Below are positions 38,386 through 52,100 of a stretch of DNA of 64,000 bases, piece after piece. Source of the DNA: Lama guanicoe (taxonomy: Eukaryota). The stretch covers positions 3,315,130-3,379,129 of the forward strand of contig MU054391.1 in the NCBI GenBank assembly GCA_013239625.1. The letters run 5' to 3'. The notes beneath the pieces are model-generated. The model was not told the DNA's origin, did no database searches, and worked only from the letters and a program-made list of their open reading frames with translations. Numbering within the stretch: position 1 is the stretch's first letter; each line of letters starts with the position of its first letter. Both the position numbers and the translations under genes were made by a program.

Positions 38386-38959
38386 CCAGAGGCTTTTAAC
38401 TTGGCAACCCATCAGAATTACCAAGGTAGTTCCAATATATAGTCGACTTTGAACACCACTGATTTAGAGAAAGGAGGATACAAATAAACTGGAAAAAAAA
38501 AAAAACAACCTCTAAATAGTGGTAGTTGTCATTCATTTCATCAGATGAATTCCAAAGTGAAGACTGGGATGTTTCTTTTAAAGAATTTTCAATTTTTGTT
38601 TTAAGTTTTCCAAAGGGCTCCATTTTTAAACCAAACCACAAGAATCTATTTTTGTCATAAAGGTGAATTTACTTTTTCCAAGGGACTGTCAGGGAAGCTT
38701 GCAGTTAGTTCTGTAGGTAGTGGGTATAAAACTCGGAATCAGGCAAGTGAGAAAGATGCTCTTGGACGGAGCTTCCTCAATAGACCAAAGCTAACCTAGA
38801 CTCTGAGGCTTTCTAAAGGCTCAGAAGATTGGTGGAGTCACTTCCTCATCGAGGACGAATGAGAGCAACTAGAATAGAATACATTTAAAAACAAGTTAAA
38901 CTAATTTAATTTAAGTCAAATCCCTGGTGGCTACCCCACGCCCCAGAATTCCAGGAAGG

Positions 38960-38992
38960 TGAAGTTCCTGCTCCAGCCACTAGGTGGCAGGT
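38960..38992 (+). promoter_or_regulatory. CTCF site (core plus upstream motif)
   Basis: Core cagCCACTAGGTGGCAG at 38974-38990 preceded, after a 5-bp spacer, by tgaagttcc (resembles TGCAGTTCC upstream motif). Confidence 0.6.
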
Positions 38993-39559
38993 GGGCTTTG
39001 CACGCAGTCAGTCCTCCCGGGGGTCCCCGGAACACCGCCGGCTGAACATTTAAGGAGAATCCTAGCAAATCCCAGAGAGCTGGCAAACCCAGCAGCGAAA
39101 CAGAAATCCCACCGCTCGTAAAGCAGGGCTGAGATGCAGAAGACAAGGTCTGGGCATTTTACACGGGGTGGGGGGGGGGAGATGAATGCTTTGGGGAAAA
39201 CAATCTCGCTGGGAAGGCAGGCACGGTTCTCCTCGCCAGGAGGGCGATGGGCTCCTGGGGTTCTCTTAAAGGGACAGAGCCCAAACCAACCAGTTCTAAC
39301 TTCACTTTTAAAATAATAAGAATAATAGTAAGGAAGTCTAATTCAGTTAATTAGATTCTTTAATTCTTTGAAACTTCATGGAGAAAGAGATCGAATCCGG
39401 ATTACTCACCGTGTTTTTCCCAAGGAAACACAATACTCAGCACACAACAGAAGTCTGATTGGTATCTGTGCTTAAATGAAAAAAGTGCTTGAAATATTAC
39501 CAGAAAAGAAAGAATGACCAAGATATGATTTGAGTTGCCTCAGGCTGGTTTAGGATGTA

Positions 39560-39775
39560 ATGAAAAGAATATAAATTTTGATCTAAGCTGGATCTGGGTT
39601 CAAATCTCGACTTTGCCACTTCTCTGGATCTTGGACAAGCTTCCTGATGACTCTAAGCGTGTGTGTCTAGCTTTAGTATGAGGGTTAGAGCGTGTAATAA
39701 CGCTTGTATCGCAGGGTCGTTGAAAAGATTAAAGAAAACAAGAAGCAAAAATATATAGTCGGTAGTCAGTGCTTA
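39560..39775 (+). mobile_element. MIR SINE
   Basis: gatctgggttcaaatctcgactttgccacttc...cttggacaagc...gcagggtcgttgaaaagattaaa. Confidence 0.6.
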
Positions 39776-40672
39776 AAAACCACCGGATACTTCCTCTCCA
39801 AACTTTCAGTCTGAGAAATGCATCCTATGGCGCTAAACAACGAAGTTTAACTTTGAGAACAGAGCCGTGTAAGATTGTTCTGTGACCTGAAAATGAATTT
39901 CCAGATTGCGGAGTCACTGGGACATATGCTGTGGTCAGCTGGCCAACTCCCATTGTACCATTGGCAAGTGAGAGCTCCAGTTCAGTGCCCCTGAGAAGCC
40001 CTGGAAGTTGGATTCACAAACATTTCAAAGCAAGTGTTCTCTGAACACAGTGGAGTTGGGACATTCTGCGGAAACTCCTGGTGTTCCCAGCAATCTGCAG
40101 AGTCAACCTGAATCTATCTCACACGAAGCCTGCTTTAATCACAAAGTCAGAGTAAGGTGATTGGATCTATCAAAAGTATAAATGTTGAGAGTCTCCAATG
40201 AATAAAATATACCCTTGATAGTTTCCATCTCATATACTATTGCATTCAAGAATTTAGAGGCTCCTGCATAATTTATCATTTTGCAAGTCTAAGTGATCAC
40301 TAATAATATTGCATTGCTGTTTATTAACATTTATGCCCACCCCAGTTCTATTATGTAAATAATATAACAGATGTCCGACTACATATTTAATACTTTGGGT
40401 GTTTATTACTAATAAGTGAGTCTGTATGACTTGATGCCCAGTTAGGAGTGAAGATGGATGAGGATTCAGCCCAGTGAGGGTCTAATGGTCGGCGTGTGCA
40501 TTAGGTATTTTGGGCGAGATGTCCGGGCCACGTCACTGCTGGATTCCATCTTACCAGGACAGAAGTAAAAGCCAAAGTTGCCTCCTTTAAGAGTCATAAC
40601 CGGTTCTGAAAATACACAGGGCCACTATTAAGGTAAAATATGGACTTCAGTTCAGTGATGCTACATCGAAGC

Positions 40673-40940
40673 CATTCATTCATTCATGCATTCATTCATA
40701 AAATGCTTGAATATAATGATGATAAGAATATAATAATCAAAAAGATATAGTCACCAGTAAACACTGAACAAATTACTTACACCACAGCCAGGAGGATAAC
40801 GAAGAGTGTGTCCGGGGGTCTGTGGAAGCCCTTTCTAAGGAGGTGACATGTGGGCTGAGATTTGAAGGATGCTGGAGACTAAATAATCAAAAAATTGGAG
40901 GAGGCATGTTCCAAGCCTGGGGCTGAACATCATGTTCTTT
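40673..40940 (-). mobile_element. L2 3' end
   Basis: cattcattcattcatgcattcattca tail and aaggaggtgacatgtgggctgagatttgaaggatg. Confidence 0.6.
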
Positions 40941-42777
40941 ACTTTTAGGACATAGATTCAGACAGATTTGTTGGAACATTATATCCATCACTTACGAGCG
41001 CTGTTAGGTTTTCTAATGTATGTGGCGTCTTAGCCTCAGCTTCCGAATCTGCAGGACAGGGATAACGGTAGCAATCTGAAAGGACGTTAGGGAGCTGGGA
41101 AGGAAATGGGATGTATGAAGTTGCAGGTACAGTGCTGGGCACGTAGTAGGTACTCAGGATTGGTTACTTGTATTTTTCCTCCTTCTAACTCCAGCTCACC
41201 CTGCCCCCACCCCCCGCCCCACCCCGCCTGCTTTGTTCTAGCCTTCCCCGGGTGCGACCCACTCGCACGCTCTCCTGGGTGGAAGATACAGAATTTTCTC
41301 TCCCAACTACATTTTTCTTGGGGTTCAGATTAACCTAAAAAAGGTTTGGTATCAAACAAAAATTCTTGGGTTAAAAAAGAATTCACCGATGTGAATGACA
41401 GTTTCCTTCGGCAGTTCACCTCCCCAGATGTGAATCAGCCCTCCGTGTGATTTGCGATGAGGTCTGACTGCTGTATTTCATTTGCGAGCAGGGGAGAGCC
41501 ACGCCAAGCCAGGGGGAGTTTTCCCATCAGCTTCTTCTGCCAGGCCATTCATCACACAAATGGGCCTCACATCTAACCAGCCCAGCCTCCGACTGCGGGT
41601 GTTGGGTGCCCGGGGCCAGCAGCCCCCATCTGCCTTTTCGGTCCAGCATCACGTCTTCTGCATGCTGGCTGGAGCACACTCATCCTCAGTGATGAAATCT
41701 CAGAGATTTAAGATGACCAGATCCACACATACCCACATCCCAGCGGCAGGCAGGGGGACCACCAGCCCCCAGCCCCACTCTCAGGCGCTAAGAGTGGCAG
41801 CTGCAGGCCCCTCTCCCTTGGGCACGTGCCCACCTCCTCCCCGGTGGCCCCCAGCCAGCTCTGCCATGTCAGATGGACATCATGAAGCCTGGCGGCCAAG
41901 GAGGCAGCAGCACCCAAGCCGAGGAGAGAGAGGCTTGGCAGCTGCTTTGGCAATGAGCCAGGCCCCCACGTCCTCGAAGCCCCTGAAAGAATCAAGACTC
42001 TGAAAAGGCAAAACACAAAATAGAGTCAGCCTGGTTCTTCCGCCTTTGATTGGATGGAGAAGGACATCTGCTGGCAGAAAACTAAATTCTGTATTAACGA
42101 CTTCCCTTTGCAGAATTGTGAACGCACCCAACCGAAGCTTGTCACACAGTCGGAGAGGCTTTCTCTGGCCTGGGAGGAGAACCTCCGGGGCTTAGGGCGG
42201 CCCAGGGGTCCTGCTGGTCTCCACGCTGTCCCGCTGCACTGGACAGTGACTTTGAGGAAGGACGTCTGCGTGTGTGCTCAGGGGCACTCATCGCGGTGCT
42301 GCGTCCTCAGTGCCGCGATGTCACACGTTGACTTCTTAAATTCTCCTCGCTGCGCTCTTCCCGGACCTGACACGGTGCATTTGAACTTAGCAACATGGCT
42401 GCCTCCTGCCATCACTTTTCTCTTGCTTAGACTTTGAATCAGTGAGTTCCCTGTTCTTTGCATCCGTTCTCTGATCGGCTCTACTTGCAATGGGGCTAAG
42501 CGACGTCACCTGCCCCTGGGGATGTGCGCGCTGCGGAGGCACACGGACCGCCTTCCGCAGGAATCCTGCCCGGTGCTTCCGCGCAACATCTTTCATTGAC
42601 AGGAAGTGATGAAAACATGTACCACACCGCCAGCCTGGTCTGAGGTGGCAACTTGCCAGACAGGCGGCGTGTGATTTGCAAACTCCACTGTCTGGCGAGG
42701 AGAGCACGGCAGAGCTTTTCTGACACCTTGACACCTGCCCAGGTGTAGCCCTGACGCACTGGCCTTCCCGGGGGTTC

Positions 42778-42778
<1 letters not shown>

Positions 42779-42813
<35 letters not shown>
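42779..42813. repeat. Poly(C)35 homopolymer
   Basis: 35 uninterrupted C counted directly. Confidence 0.95.
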
Positions 42814-45800
42814 ACAATCCCAGTCCTCACTCACCCAGCGGCTTCCACTGAGCCCAGCCAAGCCCTTTCATTAACGCAAACCTGCCTTCGCTCAGTGAGT
42901 CCCTCATCCTGTGAGTCCCTCGGATTCCCGCGTCCTTCATTCGTCTATGGAACAGAATGCAAAGCACTTTTCCTGTCGTCCGCAGGCATTTGCAGGTGTC
43001 TGTCCGCCTCTTCAGCCCTTCCCGGCTCCTCCCCCACCGTCTGCTTTCCTCGCCCTTTGCCCAAACTCTTGCAGATTCTCCCAGACCTGTCTACTGTTTG
43101 GGGTTTTTTTAAAGCCACGCAAGGTAATATCAGGGCTTGGGTACGGGGAGCAGGACGGGGTTGTTCCAGGGGAAGATGGAAGGCAAGGCGGGTAAAATGC
43201 TGACGCGTGACTGTGACTCTGAGAGTGGTCGGGCTGTGGGGTCCAGCACAATAGGTTTGGGTTGTCATGTGCTTTTAAATGTAAATAAAGTAAAATTGAA
43301 TAATACTGAAAATTTGGTTTTCTTGTCACACTGGCCACATGTGGCTCACGACGATTTTGGAAAGTGCAGATTAGAGCATTTCCATCACTGCAGACAGCCC
43401 TGGTGGACAGCCCTGGCCTGAAGGATCCTCCCAGGTGACACCATCTCAGGGACGTAAGGACCTAGCTGCTGGGGCAGGAGGTTGGGACCAGGGCGTGGAT
43501 ACTCAGATACCATCCAGCTCCAAGGGGTAAGGGGGTGCTGAAGGAATGAGGGCCAGAAGATGGAGGCAGAAAGCCCTGAGGAAGCGCTGGAGTGGGAAAG
43601 GCGGCTCTGAAGTCTGTAGGCTTGGCCCCCACACCAGCCTCACTGTGTCTGTGTGCATGTGTGTGAGGGGAAGCACACGTGCTGGAGTGTGTTTTGGAAT
43701 CACGTGTGGAACGTAGCAGGCACTGAGAAATGTACATTAAACAGAGAACTGGGTCAAATACATGGATTAAAGCTCTTATTTGTATAGAACCACGGAGACC
43801 CTGGGAGACTCACAAATGTAAAAATGCACCTTCCATGGCGTTGAGACCCAGGCAATTTGTGTGCCCACAGGTGCTCAGTCAGGACTAAAGACGCTTTAAT
43901 AAGCCCAGCTGGCCGTCAGGAGCCACCTTGGCGCTGGCTGTTGTTTTTGCTCCCCTTTTGCAATTCTCAACTTCGACCTGCTTTGACCATCTGGTTGATT
44001 TATTCATCCATTCACTCATTCTTGCATTCACTCCATAAATAAGTAAGCACTGCAAGTTTATTTACACCAGACAGAGCTCCAGGCACAGGATCTCCAGGCC
44101 CTCTGCACTCCTTGGGTTTCTGCTTCCAAGTCTCTCAGAGCGCTACCCGCCCTCCTCGTGGCACCTGGCTGGCTCCGAGCTGGTGCCATACGGGTCTTCC
44201 CTGGAATCAGAGTCCGGGAGAACAGCGTCTGGGGGAAAGGCAGCATGATGTTGGGGAGCAAGACGAAGGAAGAGAGGAGAGCAGTGAGGAAGAGGAGTGA
44301 AAACGAGGGTGTGCTATTACCTAGAAGCTGCTGGGTGCAAGCTGGGGCTTGATGCCAAGGGACCCTGAAGCGGCATGCAGCGCGTCTCAGGACCACCCAT
44401 CTGCAGGCAGAAAGAAGGAAAGGTTCATCCACTTGGTGTCTGCACGCCCCTCCCTTCTGGAATGTACGTCCCTGAGTGCCACGCGGGGATCCTTTGGTGT
44501 GCCCCCCGTACCAGCAGGAAGGAAGCCGCAGGCAGGAGCACCATGCGTCTGGTGGGGGGCAGGCAATGGGACACACTGGGGAGCTGAAGCAACATGCAGG
44601 GGGTCCCTCACCCACAGCAGGGACCTCGACACGAGCGCACCCTGCTCCGGTCCTAAGGACCTCACACTGCGGACCCGGGCAGCTCGTGACGGAAACTGAC
44701 TGGCCCGATGCTTCTCCACATTGGACTCCACGTCAGCCAGGCTCTCTCCTTCCCTGTCACCCACCCAGCCGGGCTGGGTGCTCCGATGAGCACGCCACAC
44801 TCTGCGTCTGGCTTCAGAAAGTTTTCTGTCATGAAATTCATAACATGAGGCCACGTATAAATCAAAAAAGGTGCCAAGACAAGCCGTCAAGTGCTAACTG
44901 GCTGGTCCCAAGGCCGGAGTCGGGGTAAGGTTTGGCAGGGGCGGAAGACATCACGAGAGGGGAGGAGAGATGAACTAGGTCACACCTGTCCCTTCCAACT
45001 CTGAGCTGCCCATAATCCCAGAAGTCAAAAGGCAAAGCACGGTCCTCATGTGCACTTTTCCACCATTTGCATTTTTTTTTCAAAATTTGCGTTTTTGATT
45101 GTTTATTACCTAAAGATGACTGTTTTGCAGTGTGTATCAGCAACATCAGAAAAGTGTAACCCAAGCCTTTTTAAATGACTTTATCCTCCATGCTGAGTTC
45201 AGTGGGGATTTAGAGAAAGCTCATTCCAAAATATAGTAAACTGCGTCATTGAGGACAGGGCTCCATCGGCGTCCTGTAGGTGTGACTACACACACAGCGT
45301 TGTCGTCACCCCAAAGCTCATGACTGCACAGGGGTTCTGTCTCAGCACCACTGGGATGTGCTGTGTCGCTCCGGGTCACCGGCCAGATCACCCAAAGACA
45401 CTGGGCTGGCCGCAACTTCTAATCTGGGCTCAGGGTGGAGGTCCCCCAACCTGGAGCTGAAGGATTCAGGGATAAACTGAGAACATGGGAAATCACAGCA
45501 CCCAGAGTGAGACTCGTCAGCGGAGAAAGAGAGTGCTTGGAAGGATAAACAGGAAGAACATTAAGACACACACTTGGAAATCTCGCAGGAGGCTGACCAT
45601 TCTGTTGTCAAGACTCTATCCCCTCATTCTCCCATCAAGGTCACCAAATTCATTAGAAACATGTGTTAATTTAAGTTTTATAAAGTGTTAGCACTAGGGA
45701 GGAAACTGGAGCCCCCAGCACCCTCATTTCACAGTCGGGGACCCCGAGAATCATTGCAACAAATCCTCCGAGCTTCCGTCACGGTTCTTCAAAGGCTCCT

Positions 45801-46699
45801 CCAACATCAGGGTTAGACGGCCTCCTGTGTGATGAGCGGGGAATATGGATTATGACAACACCCAGGGGGTGGAGTAAATGCTTCTTACTCTAGTTTTCTA
45901 AAAATAGTGCTGCTAATTGCTTTTTTGTCTCAGCTTATGGAAGTACTACACATTCATTATAAACTTTTTGAAAAATATAGGAAAGTATAAAGAATTCAAA
46001 AATGGCTGATAACCTTACCACCATATAAGTATTTGTTTTTTCCTTTCATCTAAATACGTGTACATAAAACCATGCTATATATACTATTTTATGTCTTGTC
46101 TTTTTCACTTAAAATTATACTATTAGCATCTTCCTACTCAATTAAAAATTGAAAACCTCATTTTAGTGACATTTATGTATTAATTATTTTACTTAGCAAT
46201 GATATGTTGATCATGAGATTCATGTATATGTGTGTGTGTGTAATTTTTCCATGAGCATAAATGTGTTGGCCAATGACTCTGGTCAAGACTTCACTCATTG
46301 TTTTGGTGGGAAGTCTGACCCAAACAAGAAAAGGCAGCAGGACCCGCGCTGGGCTGAAATCCTCAGGATGTCTTCTCCTCCAGAATGAGCCTGGACAGTC
46401 CATGAGCACTTGGGAGAAGCTCCAGGCAGAAGCTTACCTGTTATACCTGGGCAGACACAGGGCTCAGGAGAAACAGCAAGAGAGGGTCTTATTCAGCATC
46501 ACAGACCCCAGGGTTGTCCCTGGGACCCTAAATCACAGGAGTGCTGGGAGCAGAGACAGCTCAGTGGGCTGGACAGTGGCAGTGACGGGGTGCAAGGGTT
46601 CCGTGCTGAAGCAGATGGAGGATTTAATTCTAAGACCTCAGTAGAGAGATGGGTGCTAGTCTTCACTCACCTTAGCTATGTTCAGCTTCAAAACTACTA

Positions 46700-46925
46700 A
46701 TAAAAGCAAAGCATTATACCACCCTGACCACGTGCCAGGCCTGCTCTAAGTCGCTTTATAAATACTAACTCATGTAATCCTCATGGCAGGTCATTGAGGT
46801 AAGCGATGCTATTAGCCCCAATTACGGCTGCAGAAACGGAGACACAGAGAAGTTGAGTAATTGGCTGAAGGTCACAAAGCAAGTACATGAGGGAGGTGGG
46901 AGTGACACACAGATGTGATCCCTCC
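46700..46925 (-). mobile_element. MIR SINE (well preserved)
   Basis: ccacgtgccaggcctgctctaagtcgcttt...taatcctcat...gaaacggagacacagagaagttgagtaattggctgaaggtcaca. Confidence 0.75.
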
Positions 46926-48464
46926 TGTCTCCTGACTCCACCCCCATCCTGTGCATCAGATGGGAGGCAGAAGAGAGCAAGGGGTCTGGGGATCATGAGA
47001 GGCTTCAGGAAGCAGAGGCACAAGTAGAAGAGATTCTTCTGAAGCAGACAAGAGAGGAAAAAACACCTTTCAAAACAAAATCTGCAAGAACTACTCCTGC
47101 ACTAAGGTTGAAAAGCAGTCCTGTTTCAGTGCGGGCTTGTGTAAGTGCACGGAGGGCCGGGTAAGGAGGGACCCCAGGCCCCCATCTTGTACTCTGAGCG
47201 AAAGACCTGAGGAAGAAGGTCTCAGGTCCTTTCCAGTAACATCCTTCTGGGCAGCGTCCCCCTCCACCTGCCCCTGCAGCTCCGCCCCTCTGCGCCCGTG
47301 CACCTTCCCCCTGGTCCTCCACCGCGTCACATCTGTGCGATGGCAGCAGGAACGCCGGGTCCCCGCCTCTCCTTCACCGTGGAAGCCGGGAGCGCCAGGC
47401 GGTGCCTGCGGCTGCTGGAAGGCAGGCAGCTGTCTGAACCGCAGGCAGCTGGCACAGAGGCTCAGCCTCGCCTCCGGAGAACACTCTTCGCTTCGAATCT
47501 GCAGCAGTCGGGGAGCAGAAGGACCCAGGAAGCGCAGAGCGGAAGCCGAAGCCCCCCAGACCTCCGGCCCACCCCCGCCCGCTCTTGTGTAAGGAGCCAC
47601 TGGCTGCTGCTCCCCAGACCTTCCCTCGGGGCTTCCGAGATGCCCCGTTGCGGGCTCCAGAGTGAGCGACTAGCCCCGCAATTCCAGCCTGTCAGAGTCA
47701 TGGCCTTAGTTGCAGGTGCTCCTTCTAAACGCAGCAAAAAATACTGTCACCAGGCTGCTCTCAGGAGACAGACAATCCTCAGCAGCAGCTAATGGGGAAG
47801 CGCCTTTCTCGCAGGATCTTCTGCATGGAGGTGTGAAATGATGATACCCCAGCGCAGTCCGACTCCCCACCCGCATCTTTCCCAGGTCATGAGAACAGCC
47901 TTCTGCTTTGGGAAGTTCTCATTTTTATATGTTACTGATGACAGCGTCAGCACATCCTGAATTAACAGTGTCGGGAAGCACCCGGAGATTTATAATCAGC
48001 GTCCATTTCGCTTCCAAGAACGGAGATTCTTAACCACTGACGGCTGAGCTTCTGAAGTTCGTCCCATGAGAAAATACAAGAATAAATCAGCCAGCTTCCA
48101 TCAGCAGCATTGACGAGGCTAAACCCTAATTTCAAGAGAAAATAGCAGTGCTGGGAAAATCAGAAAACTGACCCAGGTAGACTTTACTTTTACTGATTAC
48201 AGAGGACACGTAAACCACAAATTCACCACGTCCTTTATGACCACGATGGTGATGAGGTGGGTGGTAGTGATGATTTTCGTGTTCCAGCTCTCAGAAGCTG
48301 CCTGGACTCTCCGGTGAAAGTGTCCCCAACCTTTGGGACAACAGCGTATGTGAGGAATCTAAGAAGGATGCTTAAACCTGGGCGTCTTCAGAACACAGAT
48401 GGGGAAGAGGCTGGGTGAGTCTGGATAAAACAGGATTATTCTCAGATTTTCTTCACATCTTCAC

Positions 48465-49147
48465 TTTTTTTTTTAATTGAAGTACAATCAGTTACAACGT
48501 GTCAATCTCTGGTGCACAGCACAATGTTCCAGTCATGCATACACACACATATATTTGTCTTCACATTCTTTCTCATTAAAGGTTATTACAAGATATTGAA
48601 TATAGTTCCCTGTGCTATACAGACAAAATTTGCTTTTTAATTGATTTTTATACATAGTGGTTAACATTTGCAAATCTCAAACTCCCACATTTATCCCTTC
48701 CCACCCCCTCTCCCCCGGTAACCGTAAATTGTTTACAATGTTTGTGAGTCTGTTTCTGTTTTGTAAATCAGTTCATTAGTGCACTCTTTTTTTTCTTTCT
48801 TTCTTTTTTTTTTTTTTTTTTTTTTTCCCCTTTAAAATGTTTTTTTTTTTTTTTTTTTTTTTTATGTTTCTTCTCTTTCTGGCTTACTTCACTTAGAATG
48901 ACGATCTCCAGGTCCATCCATGTTGCTGCAAATGGCATTGTCAGTATGGAGATTCCTCAAAAAACTAAAAATAGACTTACCATATGATCCAGCAACCCTA
49001 TTCCTGGGCATATATCCAGAGGGAACTCTAATTCAAAAAGATACATGCACCCCAATGTTCACAGCAGTGCTGTTTACAGTAGCCAAGTCATGGAACCAAC
49101 CTAAATGTCCATCAGCAGATGACTGGGTAAAGAAATTGTGGTGTATT
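48465..49147 (-). mobile_element. 5'-inverted (twin-primed) L1 insertion
   Basis: 48465-48940 is an antisense L1 3' end; 48941-49147 is the upstream ORF2 segment in sense orientation (WRFLKKLKIDLPYDPA...KDTCTPMFTA). Confidence 0.9.
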
Positions 49148-52100
49148 CATTGTTCTTTTAGAGGTTTTATAACATGTATTTATGACACATTCTGCAATTT
49201 CTTACATCATTCATTTATTCAATAAATATGCCTACAAAACCCATGGCTTTGGCATATTAAACATCCCCAGTTCAGTCTTCATGGATATCCTGACAGTCCC
49301 TAATGCAGACAAATGTTTGATTTTTCTGAGGCCTAGATATGAATTTTTTTTCCTTTTTCAGTTTTATTAGGTAGAATTATTACAGTTTGACTGCACATAC
49401 ACATTATATTGCACGTAAGTACTTATATACTGTATTTTTTTTAGTTTACATATATGTACTTACTTACCATTGTTTCTAAGAACAGATTAGAGCATTAGCT
49501 TTTTAAACTTTCATAGTTATCAAAGGAATAAAGGCAACCACAAAGTAAGAATCAACAGAATGTGGTAATCCAATCACAAAGGACAGTCAGATGTGCTTAC
49601 ATATCTTCAAGAAATCAATCACCTAAGTTATAAATCCTAGGTTACTGTCGTTACCGAGGACCTGCTGGACGCCAGGCACAAAGCTGGGTCATTTACATGT
49701 GCTGTGTCTGTGTCATCTCGACCCCGTCACTGCCCCTATCCTGCACATGAGTAAGCAGAGCCTCCCGGAGATACATTAGACTTTTCTAGGCCTTTTCGGC
49801 TTACACTGCTCTTTCCTCTACACCGTTCTGCTCAATGCTTCTTCTGGCTCTAGAACATCCCCAAGAGAAGGCAGTACCACTTTCACCTGGCTCAGCGCGG
49901 CTAGAGTTTTAGGCTGAATTTCGACACCAATTCAAAACAAACAAACAAACAAAAGTTAAAATATTCAAATTATTCTGAATAATTTCCACGTCTTAATAAT
50001 GTCTCTGTTTTTCATCATCACCATTAAGAAACTTTGACTGTGTGCACATGGCAGTGTAGGGAACCACAAAGTAATTTAACCCTTTCTCCATGGAATTTAG
50101 ACATAACTAACAGTGCTTGTTACAGTTCACTATATAATTCAGTTGTACCCCACGACAGCCACGAAAAATAGGATCATTAACTGCTCATTAACTGTGACAA
50201 CTCTGTAGACCCTACAGACAGAAAGCAAATGTCTTTGTGAGAAATCAGAAAGACATTCAGGTACAATACTTGATATTTTAAATGGTGCGTTTGTGTTCAT
50301 CATTCCGCATTCTGTTGATGCTCCCTTTTATTATGTACGTCCACAAAATAAATGCATATTTCACAATATTCATGTTTTATCATAGAAATAAAACAAAATA
50401 GAGTACAATAAAGAATTTCATTATTTACTCCAAAATTACACGTATTTTTCAATGTATTTAAATGTATGTTTATGATAAATATTTTATTGTCCATAATTCA
50501 TTTTACTTGTTTCAGTTTTCTTTACACTGTTGCATACATATTTTAAAAATTATTTGGGGAATTTTTATGTCATTGTCAATTAGAATTTTTAGACTCTGTT
50601 TTGAACAATAGAGATGTTGCTATTTGCACATAGAAAAGACAGCGTAAAGGAAAAAACTGATCATTTATTTTTTTTTGTTTTATGGAAATCTGTGAAACAG
50701 GTTGCTAGCTGAATTAGTTAAAGAATCAAAGAGTTGAGATACTTGGTTCATAAGTGCTATTTAAGCCACGCCTTTTAGTCAAAATACACCATGTTCAAAT
50801 TTAGAAATTTTATGATTGACTTATACTTTGTTCTTAGTGAGCCACTGAGAACGGAGGATGGCGTCATCATTTAAGTGAAAGGGAAAAAACAAAATAGTTG
50901 AAAATCCATCATGCAGAATATTTTGGGATAATAAGATGTTTTTAAAAAATAAGATGTAGGCCTGCTTATAGAGTGACCCATCACTGTTGTGGGCTATGAC
51001 GCGCATTCATTTCCAATCAATTCGGATATAATCTAAGGCATTTCAAGTACCTGAAACACACTCAGAGGTCTGAGAAAACAATGAGCTTCTCAATTCAACC
51101 TGGACAAGTTTAATTCTGTTTTCACTGGAACCCTGCCTTGTGACATCATCCCCTTTGCCCACACCTTTCTCCTTGGAACCCAGCTTGCCAACCACACTGC
51201 TCTGTGACACGAGTTTCCCAGGTGATGGAACCAAGGCAGTAGCCTCTATGGAGGGGTCACTGAAAGCTGGCAGCAGACTGGTGTGAGATGGACATCTGGC
51301 ATGCAGTAAGTGCATTTAGGAAGCTAATAAACTGCTCATTTTGAATGACTCCTGAAATTGATTCCAATACGAGCAGTGGGGAGAGAAATAAGCTTTTAGG
51401 AAGGTCATTTAATGTCATATAGTGTTTCTCCATTCCCAGTTAAACTGTTTAGCAATTTACAAAGCAAATCCCAGCCCAGTTTTGATCTGGTAATTAATTG
51501 AGACTTCCAATCAACAAAGGCTGTACATAGGCACAGAATATGGCCATGTACGTCTTTGTCCTTAATCATTCAGGACTTGAATTGCCAGGTGGGCTTTGAC
51601 AGGAGATGGCTGCTGAAAGAGAAGAAGTCATACCACACACAAGGGCTTTCCCGGCTTCTCAGAGGTGACTCATAAGCTTAGTGTCTGTAGCTGCACCCCC
51701 TGCAAGTGTATCTTGTTGAAAGTCTCATACCAATTTTACAAACTTATTCTCAGGACACGATTAAAAGGGACTCCATTGTCTTTTTCCCAGGTCTTGCCTT
51801 TGGGAGAGAATCAGATTCCTTACAAAAGTTTGGTGTAAAGATCTGCACATTTGTATGTGGGCTGTGTGGGAGCTGAGGTCCCAGAAAGCAGGGGGCCCAG
51901 CCAGCCCCACTGTGCCCGATGGAGGTCCCCAAGGATGCCAGCCTCCCAAGAGAAGGTCAGGGACAACGGACTGGCAATCACACCCACATTGCATGGCTTT
52001 GGTGACATCTTTTTAATATCTCTTAAAACATCTTAATTTTTGCTGATGCTTCATTCTTTTGTTCTTTTTGCTGTTGTTGGTGGTGGTGGTGGTGGTGGCT

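Noticed and set aside
47130..47160. Plus-strand micro-exon (tttcag|TGCGGG...GCCGG|gtaagg)
   Set aside because: No partner exons or recognisable peptide could be linked
41482..47792. Many 100-185 aa ORFs (41482, 42387, 44058, 44387, 47091, 47137, 47298)
   Set aside because: Stacked on both strands with no homology I recognise; explained by stop-codon scarcity and the poly(C) tract
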